DNA of 64,000 nt, from NCBI GenBank assembly GCA_002269645.1, contig NIVC01001614.1, positions 1 to 64,000 of the forward strand, written 5' to 3'. Source of the stretch: Macrostomum lignano (lineage: Eukaryota). A program made the position numbers and the translations under genes. Positions within the stretch are counted from its first letter, which is position 1; each line of letters begins with the position of its first letter. Positions 63,902 through 64,000 of this stretch are shown piece after piece. The notes beneath the pieces are model-generated. The model had not been told where the DNA came from and ran no database searches. It was given only the letters and a program-made list of their open reading frames with translations.

Positions 63902-64000
63902 TAAAATATTGAAGCTTCAATAATCAACTAATAGCTTCAATAATCTGCTTTAGACTTTTTAGGCCTAGAGAATGTTTGAACTTGACAATTTATAAAAGTC

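Overview
Metazoan genomic DNA with spliceosomal GT-AG introns, GC-rich exons and AT-rich or repeat-filled introns. The style suggests a Macrostomum-like flatworm, but this is inference and was not verified. Seven intron-containing protein-coding genes were reconstructed by hand with consistent splice phases: (1) a signal-peptide protein with N-terminal beta-rich modules and four PAN/Apple domains (minus, 12256 to <=2559, one frameshift); (2) an ankyrin-repeat protein (plus, 14170-18177); (3) a PH-RhoGAP-coiled-coil protein of ARHGAP22/24/25 type (plus, from 22103); (4) a TAB2/3 homolog, CUE-coiled coil-NZF (plus, 26856-29570); (5) a MAP1/Futsch homolog with two coding tandem-repeat blocks (plus, 32266-44208); (6) a TTC24-like TPR protein whose likely last exon ends in the CaaX motif CVIM (minus, 58654-47099); (7) the 5' part of a FEM1B homolog (plus, from 60155). 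The non-coding fraction holds about 25 mini/microsatellite arrays, a tRNA-derived SINE family, a hAT-type MITE family with 8-bp TSDs, a truncated LINE nested in a SINE, a Crypton-like remnant and hairpin-anchored microsatellites resembling Helentron/DINE-1 elements. The most notable theme is a visible link between mobile elements and satellites: a SINE domain and a MITE subterminal motif each appear to have seeded a tandem array, and MITEs have inserted into arrays. One satellite is a block of about 95 AP-1 consensus sites. There is no CRISPR or rRNA and no convincing functional tRNA. Most long ORFs in the track outside these genes are repeat artefacts.
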